The notes below the pieces were generated by a model that did not search any database, was not told where the DNA came from, and saw nothing but the letters and a program-made list of their open reading frames with translations. Positions 35,013 through 46,406 of a stretch of 64,000 nucleotides of DNA are shown here, piece by piece. The position numbers and the translations under genes were made by a program. This DNA comes from Babesia bigemina (lineage: Eukaryota). The stretch is taken from positions 1,550,001 through 1,614,000 of the forward strand of contig NC_027217.1 in the NCBI RefSeq assembly GCF_000981445.1. Direction: 5' to 3'. Position 1 is the stretch's first letter, and each line of letters begins with the position of its first letter.

Positions 35013-35631
35013 TGACCTTACGTTGGTTGCTGGAGCACGTGTCCGGTCTGGTGGAGCGGCGTTGCGTACACTTCAGCAAGCCGGCGCCTAACTGCGAATC
35101 CTCGCGTGACCCGCCTCGTCGGTTCTGTCGCGGCGGTCTGCGTCACCACGGAGAGTGGATCAGCACGTGTGCCCTGATCAGCCGTACGCTGCGCGCTGAG
35201 GGCATGCGCTGCGACGTGTTCTATTCTACGGAGACCGGCAGGAGATTTGTGCGTGCGCTGGAGAGCCGTCTGTGCAGCCTTAACGCGCAGCAGCTTTTCC
35301 AGGTGCTTCTGGCAGGTCGGAAGTTTGAGGTGCGTGCCCGTATCCATTGCGGCAACCCTGTCACAGGCACCGATCGAGTGTGTCGTACTTAGAGAACTAC
35401 TGCCTCAGTTGTCCAGGTTGGACACGGTGAGCGTACTGCGCCTACCCACTCTGGTTGCATCACGCGATCCTGCCTTGTGGCGTGTGTTGTGGCAGGTGAG
35501 ACGCATATTAAGAGTTTCAAGTGTCGTAGGAGCTGGATTCTCGTCAGATCGGTGTCAAAAGTGGCTCCGGAGCCCTGGTCCGAGTGGAGACCCATCTGCT
35601 CGAGTCGTTGAGGTATGGCGCCGCCAAATAA
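35012..35631 (+). CDS. Hypothetical protein (3 exons), copy 1
   Basis: ATG 35012 and two short GT-AG introns give one open frame, MTLRWLLEHV...RYGAAK*. Confidence 0.5.
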
Positions 35632-35647
35632 ATGTACAGCTAAATAA

Positions 35648-36395
35648 TTACTGATAGTAGAATGGTTCATCCTCGTCACTTAGGTCTCCGTATAGCATGT
35701 CCAGCTCGTCTTGGTAGTTTTTGACGCTTGAGATGTCATTCGGTTTCTTCTTTGAGAAGGTGACCTGGCTCTGCTTCGCCTCCTTGGCTTTGATGGCCGC
35801 TTCTATCTTGCGTTTGAGGGTTTGCAAGTCCTTCAGCTCTATCTTTTTCTCGCAGGCCTGGAAGAGAGTGTCGATGAACTGCAGCCATACGGCGCTTTTC
35901 GCCTGCGCACTCTGTCTCGCTTGGGGTCACGCTTACCTGGCTCTGTTCTATCTTTTGCGATAGCTTCTTCGCGACGTTGTCGCAGTCCTTAAGGCACTTG
36001 AGTGACACGTGCGCCAGTGGATCCGTGGGAACTGCGTGTTGTGCTTCCTCACGTTACTACACTCACTGATAGCATGGATCGGGTTCTGCGCGAAAACGTC
36101 GGCCTCCGCGTCTTCGCTCCCGCCGCCTCGACCCTTACCGGGCACTGAGAACAGATCATCCACGAAATCCCTATCCGCAGACTCGCTCAACCTGCGCAAT
36201 ATGTTGCATTACAGCTACAGCTGCCATTACTTTTGCGCCCGTAGTTTCTCGGAGAGCTTAGCCACGTCTTCCGGGGCCGGCGGCTCCGCTGAAACTCATA
36301 GACTTTTAGCTACGCGACGTTGACATACGCTGCTGCTCATCTTCGGAGTCCGTGTACGCATCCCAGGAGTCGAGTGTGTCGCTGTCCGGCGCCAT
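35648..36395 (-). CDS. eIF3j: Translation initiation factor eIF3 subunit J, copy 1
   Basis: Spliced product MAPDSDTLDSWDAYTDSEDE...LSEKLRAQKLSESADRDFVDDLFS...acidic tail. Fits the eIF3j DSWD and EKLRxQKLxExAD...DLF pattern. Confidence 0.75.
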
Positions 36396-36683
36396 TGGCT
36401 TGCAGTTGTATCCAGAGAGCCAATGAGCCTAGTCCCTTGATATGTGTCCTCCGAGCGTGCTTGCTATTCCTCAGATGGAATTCGAAGTTTCTCTTCGGCT
36501 TTCTTAGTGTTGGCCGGAGGTGGCCTGGGTCGCGGATGGGGGCGTGAAGCCTACACATTATGGTCTGTACGCGCCGCTGCGCCTTCTACCGGTAACAGTG
36601 CGTGTTTCAATTGAGTGCCTGCTTCAAATGTGCTGTTACCATGTGTTTTTCTTGAGGAATCCCTAGTGTTTTGCGTTGCTGCA

Positions 36684-37665
36684 ATGTCTGCGCTTCTGCG
36701 TGAGCTGTGTCCTGTGAACGTCCTCCGGCCCACGTTTCCTTCTTCGGTGACTTCGTCATCTGTATCTGCGCTGGTTGCGGTGTACAATGATGCGGTCTCT
36801 CGTGAGTCGGGTGCGTTGGAGCGTGCTCTGCGTGAGGTTTACTCCTTGGATTCTGTCTCACTTCCGTCCGTGATTGATTTCGAGGGCATGTCGTCGTATC
36901 ATTCGTCCGTGCTGCGTGGCCGTCGTTTGTCGGTGTTGTCGTGGATTGCCTTGAACTGGAAGGGCTGCGTGTTACGCACTGATGTGGGTTTATACGGTGC
37001 TTTGCAGAAGTCGTTGCACGGCGTCGATGGCGACGCTCTTTCGACTCTGACTGCGGCTATGTTTTTTGTGCTTCTGAGCGTAGGTGGTGATGTGTCTTCG
37101 TTTACCGCGTGTCAGTTGTCCGGCATCATCTCTGGCTTTCGGTTGTTTGGCAACTCGCTTGTGCAGTGGCTGTGGTGTATCGCCACGCTGCTGCTGTACA
37201 ACACGTCGTTCGTGTTCAGCCATTCCGGCATTGTTGTTTTGTGGACAGCCGTCTTCCACCTGTGCGTGATTCACGAGTGTTGTGCATGACTTTTCAGCGT
37301 GGGCCTGCTAGTGCTGCATGGCGCCGTGAGGCCCAAGTCCGAGTCTCGTGGTGGCGCCGTTGACGGCTCCGCAAGGTATCTGGTTTCAGTGCTATCCTCA
37401 CGTCGTTTAGCTACCTGCGTGCCCACGTCTGCGTCCGTGGTCTCTTCATGGTCGCCACCATCATCGGTACGGTTGCGACGCTGCCGTCGCTCACCCCCCT
37501 CAGCAATACTGGCATACGACAACCTGCACTTTAACCGACGCTGCGCAAAGACCTTCTTCAACGGATACTCAGCGGTGCGTAAATACACACATACACCAAT
37601 CACAAACACAGATGGACATCGGTCATGATGTCTATCGCATTATAGAAGCCCATGATAATATCTGA
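36684..37665 (+). pseudogene. 3'-truncated GWT1/PIG-W copy
   Basis: Identical to the 5' half of 43060-45042 up to MDIG, then runs into unrelated sequence and stops at TGA 37663-37665. Confidence 0.8.
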
Positions 37666-37842
37666 GCCGATTGGCGGTCATATTAGATGAATGCATTGCG
37701 CATTAATGTATAATATGTTTAGTGTATCACTACTGCGTTATTTGATGACTCAGAGGCGGATTAGAAGCTCACTGCCGCTTCTAGCTATGACACTAGGGTT
37801 TATTAGGATAAATCATCACAGGTATATCTTCCGGTTGTCGTG

Positions 37843-38480
37843 ATGTCGGTTTCGGAAATTTCGTCGCGCTCGTCCTCCATTGACGACGACTCCTCGGTGC
37901 TAGATGTGCGTTACGCAAACGTGGGTGTAGGCTAGTCCCTACGCGACCCATTACTATGATTGCATTTTGTTTTTATATTATTTAAGAATGACGCAGGCAG
38001 AAGGCTTCGACCGTGCGTCAACCGTAGTTCTCAGCGGTTTTCAACCGGAGTACACCGTGGACGATTGCCGGGCTTTCGCATCCTGGTTTTCACCGGTTAT
38101 ACACGTCGAACAGTTGCCAATTGTTGATGGCAAAGTGCGTTTTGCTGTAGTGTTCGCGTCAACAGCTCACGTTGAGGTAAGTGTGTACGTACTTGCCTAA
38201 TCATCTCGTCGCGTAGCAGCTGCTGAAGTACAAAGAGATATCGGTAGAAAACGGAGTGGTTGAAGTCACTGCTCCTGATGAAAGCGATACCGTATGGAAC
38301 TCGGTTGGCGACATGATGACGTACGCCACTGCGGTAAGTGTTCGTGTAAACTACTAAGCCTCATAGACGTATTCGAAATTAACGCGTGTTTAGGTTCCAA
38401 TCTTCCAAATGGCTCAAGATGGTCTCAACGTGGCGCTCAATCAACTGTCTTTGAGCTGGGGTGGTTATCTCGGTCATTAG
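37843..38480 (+). CDS. Small RRM-like protein (4 exons)
   Basis: [30 protein letters not shown]...FAVVFAS has RRM spacing. Phase-0 GT-AG introns keep the frame to TAG 38478-38480. Confidence 0.6.
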
Positions 38481-38884
38481 AGCGCCTGAGATTGCGTGAA
38501 CTCAGGGTTGTCCTCTTTTTTGGACTTGGTGTTGCGCAGCAACACCGCATGGATGTTCGGCGTGACTCCTCCCTGCGACAGCGTTACCCCTCCGAGGAAA
38601 GCGCTGAGCTCTTCGTCGCCCCTGATGGCTAGCAGAATTTCACGAGGTGTGATCCTGCTCCTCTTGCGATCTCTGGCAGCGTTGCCAGCCAACTCGAGAA
38701 TTTCAGCGCACAAGTACTCCAATACTGCCGCAAGGTAAACGGGAGCACCAGTACCGATCCTTCCCGCGTATCTGCCGCGCTTCAGCTGTCTACTGATCCT
38801 GCCGACTGAGAAGATAAGTCCGGCCTTGGCAGCTCGTGACATGCGCTTGGTGGCGCTTTTCCTACCCTGAGTGCTAACCGTCAT
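38477..38884 (-). CDS. H2A: Divergent histone H2A with C-terminal SQ motif
   Basis: [42 protein letters not shown] and [12 protein letters not shown]. Ends TQSQAL*. Confidence 0.92.
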   Translation of the reverse strand: MTVSTQGRKSATKRMSRAAKAGLIFSVGRISRQLKRGRYAGRIGTGAPVYLAAVLEYLCAEILELAGNAARDRKRSRITPREILLAIRGDEELSAFLGGVTLSQGGVTPNIHAVLLRNTKSKKEDNPEFTQSQAL

Positions 38885-39360
38885 TTTGCTAATGGATAGT
38901 ATGAACCAAAATATAATGATCAGTAGCGGACGGGGGTTGCCTCCACGCTAGTATCGCGCACACACCACCCATTAGATGGAGGGTAATGAGATACGTTAAC
39001 ACATGGGGCCCATACAGTCATTATAAATCAATTAAAAAGTGTGTTAGTGTTTTAATAACTTAGTACGTGAACAGCGGTACACGCTACGTCAGAGGAACGA
39101 CGGTGTGTCTGCCAAAACACATCAACATCATTAATCGTTGTTAGTGCAACCCTGCACATAGATGAAATCTCTGATCGTTCAGCGGTTGCTGTACGACAGC
39201 GTCTTACACTTATGATATAGACATCATGTATTGCATCGATACAACGTATATCGATGTGTATCTAAGTACAGTGTCTACGCACTTTTACGCGCAGTAGCAT
39301 TTAAACTGTTCGATACGATACACCTGCACACAATAAGCCGCCAATTTATAGTCCAACAGC

Positions 39361-40069
<709 letters not shown>

Positions 40070-40365
40070 TTCAGTTTGTGTAGGGTGTCGTTAACTCCCT
40101 GAATCTCGCGATTTTGCAACGATCGTCGTAGATCTGGCTGATCTGGGAATCGTGTACGTCTGTGGACTTCATTGCCACATCATCCAGTATTGCGTAGAAG
40201 TATTTTACATACGTCAATCTGTTAGTACGTATCTCTGTGATACATTGAGTTGTTTTAATAGTAAAAATATTTTTTACCATTGTTCTGCTTTTTTGAACGC
40301 CTCTCCATTGGCAACATTTATTGTACAACGGACTTGTGTATTGTCAGTGTGTTAGCAATTTTCTT

Positions 40366-41388
40366 ATGATGAGCGAGGGTAGTAGCTCATCTACAGCTGA
40401 CGAATCAAGACATCACAAAGGATTTGACAGCGGCGTGTTTTCTTCTGTAGCTCCAATGGCAATCGAGAGAAATGGACCAGCATCGATATCAACATTGAAG
40501 ATGACAAAATCTGACTCCAACAGCGGCGGTGTCGGCAGCAGAACGTTTGCAAGCATGTGCAAATGGAGTTGGCTACCGTCTTTAATCTTCTTTACCTTTG
40601 GGATCTTTTGCATGTCGGCTGCGCTTTTAACTGACCGATGGGCAGGAATAAGGATTGACTATAAAAGTGGACCGGCAGTAGGCCGCAGCCACACAATGTT
40701 GGGTTTTAAGGACCTGAAGCGTTTGGACTTCTTTCACATCTTTGATGCGACCATGATGTTATCAAGAACTCTGCCATATACTACGATCATCAATGATTCA
40801 TACTGCGCAGAAGATATCAACGGTGTTAGCAAAGTCGAACTAGATGATTATCCCGCTGTTTTAAGGCGCATAGACCAGGTAGGATTGCTGGATCATGATA
40901 AAGAGGTGGAATTCATCGCAAAACATGGCCGCGTAATCTACGATGTCTTGTGTAGCTCTATTCCAAAGTTGGCACATGATGGGTACGTCTTGCTGACTCT
41001 GCTGCCTATGTCGTTTATTCTCTATTTCCCGCTTATCATAATGTGTCTCTTACGGAATATTTTTGACAAGACGTCAACCCCGAAAAGTTGGTATGAAACG
41101 ATAGAGATAGTTGCTATAATCACGTGGGTTATTTCGTTGGTATTAGGAGCAATTGGATTGACCTACTATTGGGTGAGTGTATCGAACCCTCTGTGCGTGA
41201 ACGGTTTTGGGGAGCTTACGGGTTGCGTTGTCCACTCTAGCGTGGTCCTTACTTTGCTGTACGTGCTAAGCAGCTTCATTTCGTTGGTGTCGTACGTGTT
41301 TTACGGCATCAGCGTGAAGAAGGGTGCGGGTCACGGCGCAGTGAGGTGGACGATGAGTGGTTTCCGCCGCGACACCGAGGCATTGTGA
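40366..41388 (+). CDS. Four-TM membrane protein with claudin/PMP22-like topology
   Basis: TM1 is followed by TDRW, then a large Cys-containing loop, TM2 and TM3, a short Cys-pair loop and TM4. Confidence 0.65.
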   Translation: MMSEGSSSSTADESRHHKGFDSGVFSSVAPMAIERNGPASISTLKMTKSDSNSGGVGSRTFASMCKWSWLPSLIFFTFGIFCMSAALLTDRWAGIRIDYKSGPAVGRSHTMLGFKDLKRLDFFHIFDATMMLSRTLPYTTIINDSYCAEDINGVSKVELDDYPAVLRRIDQVGLLDHDKEVEFIAKHGRVIYDVLCSSIPKLAHDGYVLLTLLPMSFILYFPLIIMCLLRNIFDKTSTPKSWYETIEIVAIITWVISLVLGAIGLTYYWVSVSNPLCVNGFGELTGCVVHSSVVLTLLYVLSSFISLVSYVFYGISVKKGAGHGAVRWTMSGFRRDTEAL

Positions 41389-42007
41389 TGACCTTACGTT
41401 GGTTGCTGGAGCACGTGTCCGGTCTGGTGGAGCGGCGTTGCGTACACTTCAGCAAGCCGGCGCCTAACTGCGAATCCTCGCGTGACCCGCCTCGTCGGTT
41501 CTGTCGCGGCGGTCTGCGTCACCACGGAGAGTGGATCAGCACGTGTGCCCTGATCAGCCGTACGCTGCGCGCTGAGGGCATGCGCTGCGACGTGTTCTAT
41601 TCTACGGAGACCGGCAGGAGATTTGTGCGTGCGCTGGAGAGCCGTCTGTGCAGCCTTAACGCGCAGCAGCTTTTCCAGGTGCTTCTGGCAGGTCGGAAGT
41701 TTGAGGTGCGTGCCCGTATCCATTGCGGCAACCCTGTCACAGGCACCGATCGAGTGTGTCGTACTTAGAGAACTACTGCCTCAGTTGTCCAGGTTGGACA
41801 CGGTGAGCGTACTGCGCCTACCCACTCTGGTTGCATCACGCGATCCTGCCTTGTGGCGTGTGTTGTGGCAGGTGAGACGCATATTAAGAGTTTCAAGTGT
41901 CGTAGGAGCTGGATTCTCGTCAGATCGGTGTCAAAAGTGGCTCCGGAGCCCTGGTCCGAGTGGAGACCCATCTGCTCGAGTCGTTGAGGTATGGCGCCGC
42001 CAAATAA
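41388..42007 (+). CDS. Hypothetical protein (3 exons), copy 2
   Basis: Identical to 35012-35631. Confidence 0.5.
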
Positions 42008-42023
42008 ATGTACAGCTAAATAA

Positions 42024-42771
42024 TTACTGATAGTAGAATGGTTCATCCTCGTCACTTAGGTCTCCGTATAGCATGTCCAGCTCGTCTTGGTAGTTTTTGA
42101 CGCTTGAGATGTCATTCGGTTTCTTCTTTGAGAAGGTGACCTGGCTCTGCTTCGCCTCCTTGGCTTTGATGGCCGCTTCTATCTTGCGTTTGAGGGTTTG
42201 CAAGTCCTTCAGCTCTATCTTTTTCTCGCAGGCCTGGAAGAGAGTGTCGATGAACTGCAGCCATACGGCGCTTTTCGCCTGCGCACTCTGTCTCGCTTGG
42301 GGTCACGCTTACCTGGCTCTGTTCTATCTTTTGCGATAGCTTCTTCGCGACGTTGTCGCAGTCCTTAAGGCACTTGAGTGACACGTGCGCCAGTGGATCC
42401 GTGGGAACTGCGTGTTGTGCTTCCTCACGTTACTACACTCACTGATAGCATGGATCGGGTTCTGCGCGAAAACGTCGGCCTCCGCGTCTTCGCTCCCGCC
42501 GCCTCGACCCTTACCGGGCACTGAGAACAGATCATCCACGAAATCCCTATCCGCAGACTCGCTCAACCTGCGCAATATGTTGCATTACAGCTACAGCTGC
42601 CATTACTTTTGCGCCCGTAGTTTCTCGGAGAGCTTAGCCACGTCTTCCGGGGCCGGCGGCTCCGCTGAAACTCATAGACTTTTAGCTACGCGACGTTGAC
42701 ATACGCTGCTGCTCATCTTCGGAGTCCGTGTACGCATCCCAGGAGTCGAGTGTGTCGCTGTCCGGCGCCAT
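42024..42771 (-). CDS. eIF3j: Translation initiation factor eIF3 subunit J, copy 2
   Basis: Identical to 35648-36395. Confidence 0.75.
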
Positions 42772-43059
42772 TGGCTTGCAGTTGTATCCAGAGAGCCAAT
42801 GAGCCTAGTCCCTTGATATGTGTCCTCCGAGCGTGCTTGCTATTCCTCAGATGGAATTCGAAGTTTCTCTTCGGCTTTCTTAGTGTTGGCCGGAGGTGGC
42901 CTGGGTCGCGGATGGGGGCGTGAAGCCTACACATTATGGTCTGTACGCGCCGCTGCGCCTTCTACCGGTAACAGTGCGTGTTTCAATTGAGTGCCTGCTT
43001 CAAATGTGCTGTTACCATGTGTTTTTCTTGAGGAATCCCTAGTGTTTTGCGTTGCTGCA

Positions 43060-45042
43060 ATGTCTGCGCTTCTGCGTGAGCTGTGTCCTGTGAACGTCCT
43101 CCGGCCCACGTTTCCTTCTTCGGTGACTTCGTCATCTGTATCTGCGCTGGTTGCGGTGTACAATGATGCGGTCTCTCGTGAGTCGGGTGCGTTGGAGCGT
43201 GCTCTGCGTGAGGTTTACTCCTTGGATTCTGTCTCACTTCCGTCCGTGATTGATTTCGAGGGCATGTCGTCGTATCATTCGTCCGTGCTGCGTGGCCGTC
43301 GTTTGTCGGTGTTGTCGTGGATTGCCTTGAACTGGAAGGGCTGCGTGTTACGCACTGATGTGGGTTTATACGGTGCTTTGCAGAAGTCGTTGCACGGCGT
43401 CGATGGCGACGCTCTTTCGACTCTGACTGCGGCTATGTTTTTTGTGCTTCTGAGCGTAGGTGGTGATGTGTCTTCGTTTACCGCGTGTCAGTTGTCCGGC
43501 ATCATCTCTGGCTTTCGGTTGTTTGGCAACTCGCTTGTGCAGTGGCTGTGGTGTATCGCCACGCTGCTGCTGTACAACACGTCGTTCGTGTTCAGCCATT
43601 CCGGCATTGTTGTTTTGTGGACAGCCGTCTTCCACCTGTGCGTGATTCACGAGTGTTGTGCATGACTTTTCAGCGTGGGCCTGCTAGTGCTGCATGGCGC
43701 CGTGAGGCCCAAGTCCGAGTCTCGTGGTGGCGCCGTTGACGGCTCCGCAAGGTATCTGGTTTCAGTGCTATCCTCACGTCGTTTAGCTACCTGCGTGCCC
43801 ACGTCTGCGTCCGTGGTCTCTTCATGGTCGCCACCATCATCGGTACGGTTGCGACGCTGCCGTCGCTCACCCCCCTCAGCAATACTGGCATACGACAACC
43901 TGCACTTTAACCGACGCTGCGCAAAGACCTTCTTCAACGGATACTCAGCGGTGCGTAAATACACACATACACCAATCACAAACACAGATGGACATCGGCT
44001 GCGGTTTCATGATAATTCAATCGGGATCCATGAGTTCTTTCAGCCGCAGTATGTGATTGTCGATCAAAGTCTCAACTTTTTCAGATAGCCGTAAGCGCAC
44101 CTTTATAAACATATTGACACGTCACTGGACGCTGTTTCTTTTGGGTTTTGTTCGGTCATTGGCAACAAGTGCGGTGTCCTACGATGTACCTGTGGAGGAG
44201 TACGGCGTTCACTGGAACTTTTTTTTGTCTCTTGGAGTCACCAAGATTCGTAAGTCTCAGTTCTCGTTGATGCGCGTGGTCATGAATGCAACAGTATCGG
44301 AGCTCTTGCTCTCTGTTATACCGGAGAGTCTGGTTAACCTGGTACCCTTCGTCATAGCATTCGTCTACGAGTGGTTGCTATGGCTTTTCGACGCAGTGCA
44401 TACCGTTCCGGCGATAGTGCGGACCAATCTGCTCACGGCGAATAAGGAGGGTATTGTAGCTGTACCCAACTCCGTATCATTATTTTTCATCGGATATTGC
44501 GGCGCCCGTGCGTGCGGTAAAGTCTACCGGGTACGCGGTCGGGGGGTTGCTATGGTTTTTAGTGCAAGGTAAAGCGTTCGTTTATCAATTTTTCAGTTTT
44601 ATTAGTATCGGTATGTTATGCGCGTCGGCATCGTTTGCGCTCTTCCTTCTGGGTTTTCCCAGTTCGAGGACTCTGGTACGTTCCCGCATCACAGCCATCA
44701 CCCGGATCAGGTGAACCTGCGGTTCGTGCTGAACACATCAGCCGTCGCCATGGGATTCCTAGCAAGTGTCATTGCGACGCAATGGCTTTGGGGTGAGCCT
44801 TTCCACGCAAACTGCACTTAACCTCCGCAGGTGAGAACATGGACGTCACCGTAGTGGAATGCATCGGCAAGCACTCGATCGAATTCTTTCTCCTGGCTAA
44901 CGTGATTACGGGTGCGGTGAATGTTTTTCTGCAGCCGTTGTTGCTCCCATTGCCGCTGATGTTCTTGCTCGTCGTGGCATACGGAGCGGTTTGTTGCCTG
45001 TGCGTAATGCAGTTGGACCGTCGCGGTATCAAGTTACTATGA
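43060..45042 (+). CDS. GWT1: GPI inositol acyltransferase GWT1/PIG-W, multi-exon
   Basis: AILAYDNLHFNRRCAKT...MDIGCG, EEYGVHWNFFLSLG, ANKEGI and FFLLANVITGAVN match PIG-W motifs. Confidence 0.85.
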
Positions 45043-46308
45043 AATAACTCCGCTGGCCATCAGCACGTGTTCCACGAATTGTTCGGCCTCCTGGTTCTGC
45101 AGGTCGCATCCGTTGGCCACAAATTTTTGGACCATGAGCTCGGCCGTCGATGCTTTGAAGGCGTGAAATTCGTCAATAATCTGCAGTTTTTTATTCAGTT
45201 GGGATCACGACCCACCATGTCACGCGTGTCATCTATGATCCCTATGGTGAACTTTTGGTTGCCCTTGAATTTGGCGGCGAGCTGCGCCGTGATGCGATCG
45301 AGCGCTGGCTTCCACGCCTCCGCTTTCGGCGTCATATCGGCGCACCTCCTCTGGAGTGCATCCCGCTCGGCTGCGATGCGGTCATGTTCCGCCTGGGATG
45401 ACAGCTTCAGGTGTGCGATGGCGTTCTGCGTCAACGATGAGCACACGTGGCCCTGGTACCCACCCGCACATTGGCCTTCAGCTCCGCTTCGTATCGCGCG
45501 CACGCTTCGAAGGTGTTCCGGCGTTCTGCTTCCGCCTTCTTTTGCTCCTCCCTCGCCACCTTCACGGCGTCGATGGCCAGCTGGCGGTACTTTTTGATGA
45601 GGACGTCCACATGCTCCAGCACCTGCCGCTTCGCCTCTATGAGCTGGCGCTCATGCTCTTTCTTCATGAAGGCGATTTTGCGATCGAACTGTTCCTCGCC
45701 TTTCGCTCTGCTGATCGGGGACGCCGTGTGCTGATTCTCTCTCAGAGACCTGGCGAAATGTGTTTCATCGTTGCCCATACAACTCACCTGTAGCAGCGCA
45801 TCGAGGCATCACGCGTTCTCTGCGAACGTTGACACTAACGGATCGTTCACATTACCATGGGGGAGCTTGTGTCTGCCTCTTGCCCATCACTGGCGGGCCT
45901 CGCCGCCCTAACCCTGACGTTCTGCTCGTTCTTCATCCGTCGCACCGCATCGCGATCGATATGCAGCAGCGCCGCCTGCAGCCGTCCTGCAGAGCGACGG
46001 TTCGTATCTGCGGTGAACTTGAAGTGCGGCGGTGGCAATTTGTTGCGCTCCGAGGCGATCATTCGGGGCGTGATCGGCACCTCGAGCATGAGCCCCTTCC
46101 CATGTCTGACCCATCCCTCCGGCAGCTCATCCTCATTTTTGCTAGTTTCTGCGGCATTTCCATCCATGTCTCCGCCGCCTTCCGATTCCGCCAGGCTTTG
46201 GTTGGGGATTCGACTCAGGTGTGTACCTGTCTGTGTCTGCTGCGGTGCCTCGCCACCCGAGCCGTCGCGTGGCGACTGCACATCCTCCGCCTCCCAATCG
46301 CTATCCAT
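45037..46308 (-). CDS. Hypothetical coiled-coil protein, multi-exon
   Basis: ATG 46308 (MDSDWEAED). Exons in ORFs 45847, 45431 and 45195 are joined by short introns. Last exon ends MASGVIS*. Confidence 0.55.
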
Positions 46309-46406
46309 GTGTGACGCGGGAAAAGGTTGTCTCGCAGCAACTTCGGCGTTTGGGCCCATCGAGAGCCGCGCGACACCCTGGTGCGTCCGCCCGTGTTGCG
46401 CGTTAC

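Larger units (their letters stand above)
34803..37622 (+). repeat. Duplicated segment B (2820 bp), copy 1
   Basis: Direct repeat of 41179-43998 (offset 6376). All internal ORF translations are identical between the copies. Confidence 0.95.
41179..43998 (+). repeat. Duplicated segment B, copy 2 (in intact context)
   Basis: Direct repeat of 34803-37622. Both ends continue into intact genes here. Confidence 0.95.
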
